Made by a program: the position numbers and the translations under genes. The notes beneath the pieces are model-generated. The model was not told where the DNA came from and ran no database searches. It saw nothing but the letters and a program-made list of their open reading frames with translations. Below are positions 61,674 through 64,000 of a stretch of 64,000 bases of DNA, one piece after another; within the stretch, counting starts at the first letter, position 1; each line of letters starts with the position of its first letter. Origin of the DNA: an uncultured Gemmatimonadales bacterium (GTDB lineage: Bacteria; Gemmatimonadota; Gemmatimonadetes; Gemmatimonadales; Gemmatimonadaceae); contig CAWBZV010000002.1 in the NCBI GenBank assembly GCA_963793305.1, forward strand, positions 224,001 to 288,000, written 5' to 3'.

Positions 61674-62602
61674 CGGTCGCGTACATCTCGCACGCCGACT
61701 GCGGCCGGCACGACACGGGGTGGGGCCACCCTGAACACGTCGGCCGCCTCCGGGCGATCACTCGTGCGTTGCGTGATGACCCCGAGCTCTTCCAGCTGAT
61801 TGATCACGTCGAGGGCCGCCACGCCACGGTCGACGATCTCTCTCTGGCGCACGATCCCAGCTACATCGATGCGCTCGGCTCGATCGTCGCGCGCCTCCAG
61901 GAGCCCGCTAACCTGACACCGGACACGGTGGTCAGTCCGGGTTCGTTCGCGGCCGCGACTGCGGCGGTCGGCTGTGTTTTGGACGGCGTAGACCGGTCGC
62001 TCGATGGGCGCTCGATGAGAAGCCTCTGCGCGGTCCGTCCGCCCGGACACCACGCCCTGCGGGACGAGGCGATGGGGTTCTGTCTCTTTGGCAATGTCGC
62101 CATTGCGGCGCATTACGCGAGGCAGAGACGTGGTCTGGAGCGGGTGCTGATCGTCGACTGGGACGTGCACCACGGCAACGGAACGCAGGCGCTCGTCGAG
62201 CGCGACCCGGGGATACACTTTGTGTCCATGCACCAGTGGCCCTGGTACCCGGGCACCGGCGCAGCCGAAGATCGCGGACCGCATGAGTCGGTATGGAACG
62301 TGCCAATGCCCCCGGGACTCGCCCCGGGGGTCTACGTGGATGCGTTACTCGCGGCCGTGGACGCCGCGACGGCCGGATTTTCACCCGATCTCGTGCTGAT
62401 CTCGGCCGGATTCGACTCGCTCGCTGGCGACCCACTTGGCGGGTTCACGCTCGAAGTCTCTGACATGGTTCAACTTACGCGCGAGTTGGTCGGGCGCGCC
62501 GAGGGTTGGTGTCAGGGGAGGATCGTGAGCGCGCTCGAAGGCGGATACGTTCCCGAACGCGTCGGTGCGGCGTGCGTCGCCCATCTGCGGGCCCTCGCAT
62601 AG
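61670..62602 (+). CDS. Histone deacetylase (HDAC/AcuC) family protein
   Basis: GHPE, RPPGHHA, MGFCLF.N, DWDVHHGNGTQ, SAGFD, LEGGY; homology extends upstream to a CTG at 61670. Confidence 0.93.
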   Translation: MTVAYISHADCGRHDTGWGHPEHVGRLRAITRALRDDPELFQLIDHVEGRHATVDDLSLAHDPSYIDALGSIVARLQEPANLTPDTVVSPGSFAAATAAVGCVLDGVDRSLDGRSMRSLCAVRPPGHHALRDEAMGFCLFGNVAIAAHYARQRRGLERVLIVDWDVHHGNGTQALVERDPGIHFVSMHQWPWYPGTGAAEDRGPHESVWNVPMPPGLAPGVYVDALLAAVDAATAGFSPDLVLISAGFDSLAGDPLGGFTLEVSDMVQLTRELVGRAEGWCQGRIVSALEGGYVPERVGAACVAHLRALA

Positions 62603-62615
62603 GTTTATTGGCACA

Positions 62616-63422
62616 ATGAGCACGTCGACCCCGCGCGTGCGTCCGACCCCCCCGCCAGCGCCAGCCATTCTCCGCCTCGTGCAGCTCGCTGTGCTGGGTC
62701 GCTGGCGAGCCACCGGGGAGCAGCTCTATCGGGAGGTCGTCCGGGTCGCGGATATCGGCCGCTCGCAGGAGGTACTCGTCTCCGGTTGCGGCGATGGCGT
62801 CACCGCCGAATGGCTGGCGCGCCGGACCGGCGCGTCGGTGACCGGAGTCGACGCAGACGGTGCCCGGATCGAGCACGCCGAGCAGCGGGCGCGGTCCATG
62901 CCAGTCCGCTTGCCGTTGTCCTACAGCCAAGCGCCGCTCGACGATCTCCCGCACGAGACCGCGGTCTTCGATGTCGCCATCGGCGAGCCCGCATTGGCCG
63001 CGGCGCGCGTCCCCAGCCGGGCCGTGTCCGAGCTGGTACGGGTCGTCAAGCCAATGGGATCCGTCGTGCTGCTCGAGCTCACGTGGGGCTCGGAGCTCTC
63101 GCGCGAAGAACGCGAGCTCGTCGTCGAGCGATTGGGCCTCCGCCCCCATCTGCTGGTCGAATGGAAGCAGATGCTGCGCGAGGCGGGCGTCGTCGATGTC
63201 GTCGTCGAAGACTGGACCTCCGCCGGAGGCACCCCACGCGATGGCCGCCCGGTGCACCTCACCTGGCAACAGAAGGTTCAAATCGCGACCCGTGCCTGGC
63301 GCAAATGGGGATGGCACGGCGCGCGCCGTGCAGTCGAAAAGGAGCTGTCGTTGCTGAGAGAGTTGTCGGATGAGCGGGCCATCGGGTTCCAGCTGATCAA
63401 GGGCGTCAAGTGGCGGAGCTGA
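62616..63422 (+). CDS. Class I SAM-dependent methyltransferase-like protein
   Basis: VLVSGCGDG, VTGVD, LP....FD, ELVRVVKPMG. Confidence 0.8.
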   Translation: MSTSTPRVRPTPPPAPAILRLVQLAVLGRWRATGEQLYREVVRVADIGRSQEVLVSGCGDGVTAEWLARRTGASVTGVDADGARIEHAEQRARSMPVRLPLSYSQAPLDDLPHETAVFDVAIGEPALAAARVPSRAVSELVRVVKPMGSVVLLELTWGSELSREERELVVERLGLRPHLLVEWKQMLREAGVVDVVVEDWTSAGGTPRDGRPVHLTWQQKVQIATRAWRKWGWHGARRAVEKELSLLRELSDERAIGFQLIKGVKWRS

Positions 63423-64000
63423 GCTCCGGCGTCCGCCTCTACGGCATCGTCAGCGCGCAGGAAGCGGACGGACGACAGAATGCCGGACGGCGCCTGCGTC
63501 GTCCCGTTCCGCGATCTTGCGGCGATTACCACCGAGTGTTCCCCCGGCGAAGCCTTCTCCTGGCGCCGCACTCCAGCCCCCCCAAACCTCGATACCTACC
63601 GGGGCGTCATCGAAGCGGTGTTCGAGCAATGCTCGATCGTCCCGGCGCCGCCCGGGATCATCTTTCGCTCGCGCCAGGCTATTGTGCGTTGGATGGAGCT
63701 TCATTACGTCGCGCTCAGCGACGCGCATGCGTTCATCGATGGCCGCGCGGTCGGGCGCGTGCACGTCGAGCGCCGCGCGCCCTTGCTCGCAGGAGCGAAC
63801 GTACGGCACGAGCTCCTCGCCGGCGAAGCCGTGGCCCGCGAGGTGTTCCGCTCCCTGTCGGGTCACGCCGTCACGTGGACCCCGATCGGGGGCGCCCCGG
63901 TCGGTGCGACGGGCGAATATCCCGCTGTCCCGGCGACGACGGGCGCAACGGCTGAATACGTTGCGTCGGACGCCTCGCAGGCGTCTTTCTTGATCGATCG
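63410..64000 (+). CDS. GvpL/GvpF-family protein, partial; apparent 1-nt insertion near 63470
   Basis: RLYGIV in frame 63410; then FRDLAAI...YRGVIEAVF...IVPAPPGIIFRS...WMELHY...ASFLID in frame 63480, open to the window end. Confidence 0.65.

Overview
High-GC bacterial chromosomal window. Protein features suggest Gemmatimonadota, but that is my inference and has not been checked. It is dominated by core translation and transcription genes: a tRNA cluster (Thr-Tyr-Gly-Thr) followed by tuf, rpmG, secE, nusG, rplKAJL and rpoBC, then rpsL, rpsG, fusA, a second tuf, the S10/spc genes, secY, adk and map. Accessory blocks: (1) uvrA, a divergent EamA / ABATE-CGNR regulator pair, YbjN-like, pspA and AI-2E genes, then a compact 4-gene operon (secreted twin-Cx7C peptide, CxxC redoxin, degenerate ABC ATPase, membrane protein) before cysS; (2) a membrane glycosyltransferase-like gene and a MoxR/DUF58/BatA/DUF4159 operon wedged between rpoC and rpsL; (3) GNAT, ftcd, suhB, trpS, an M28 peptidase, purA, ypdA, glyQS, an M3-like peptidase, a GAF histidine kinase, a ubiquitin-fold-like protein, an HDAC-family deacetylase, a methyltransferase and a GvpL/F-like gene. 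The best candidate for an undescribed system is the disulfide-peptide operon at 6917-8617, which has its own structured leader. Other highlights are a triple-box candidate operator for the CGNR regulator, a long structured fusA leader, two unusually divergent EF-Tu copies, long disordered ribosomal-protein extensions and many apparent leaderless genes. Six single-base insertions, including ones in cysS and rplW, look like sequencing or assembly errors. I saw no CRISPR array, rRNA, transposase or prophage.
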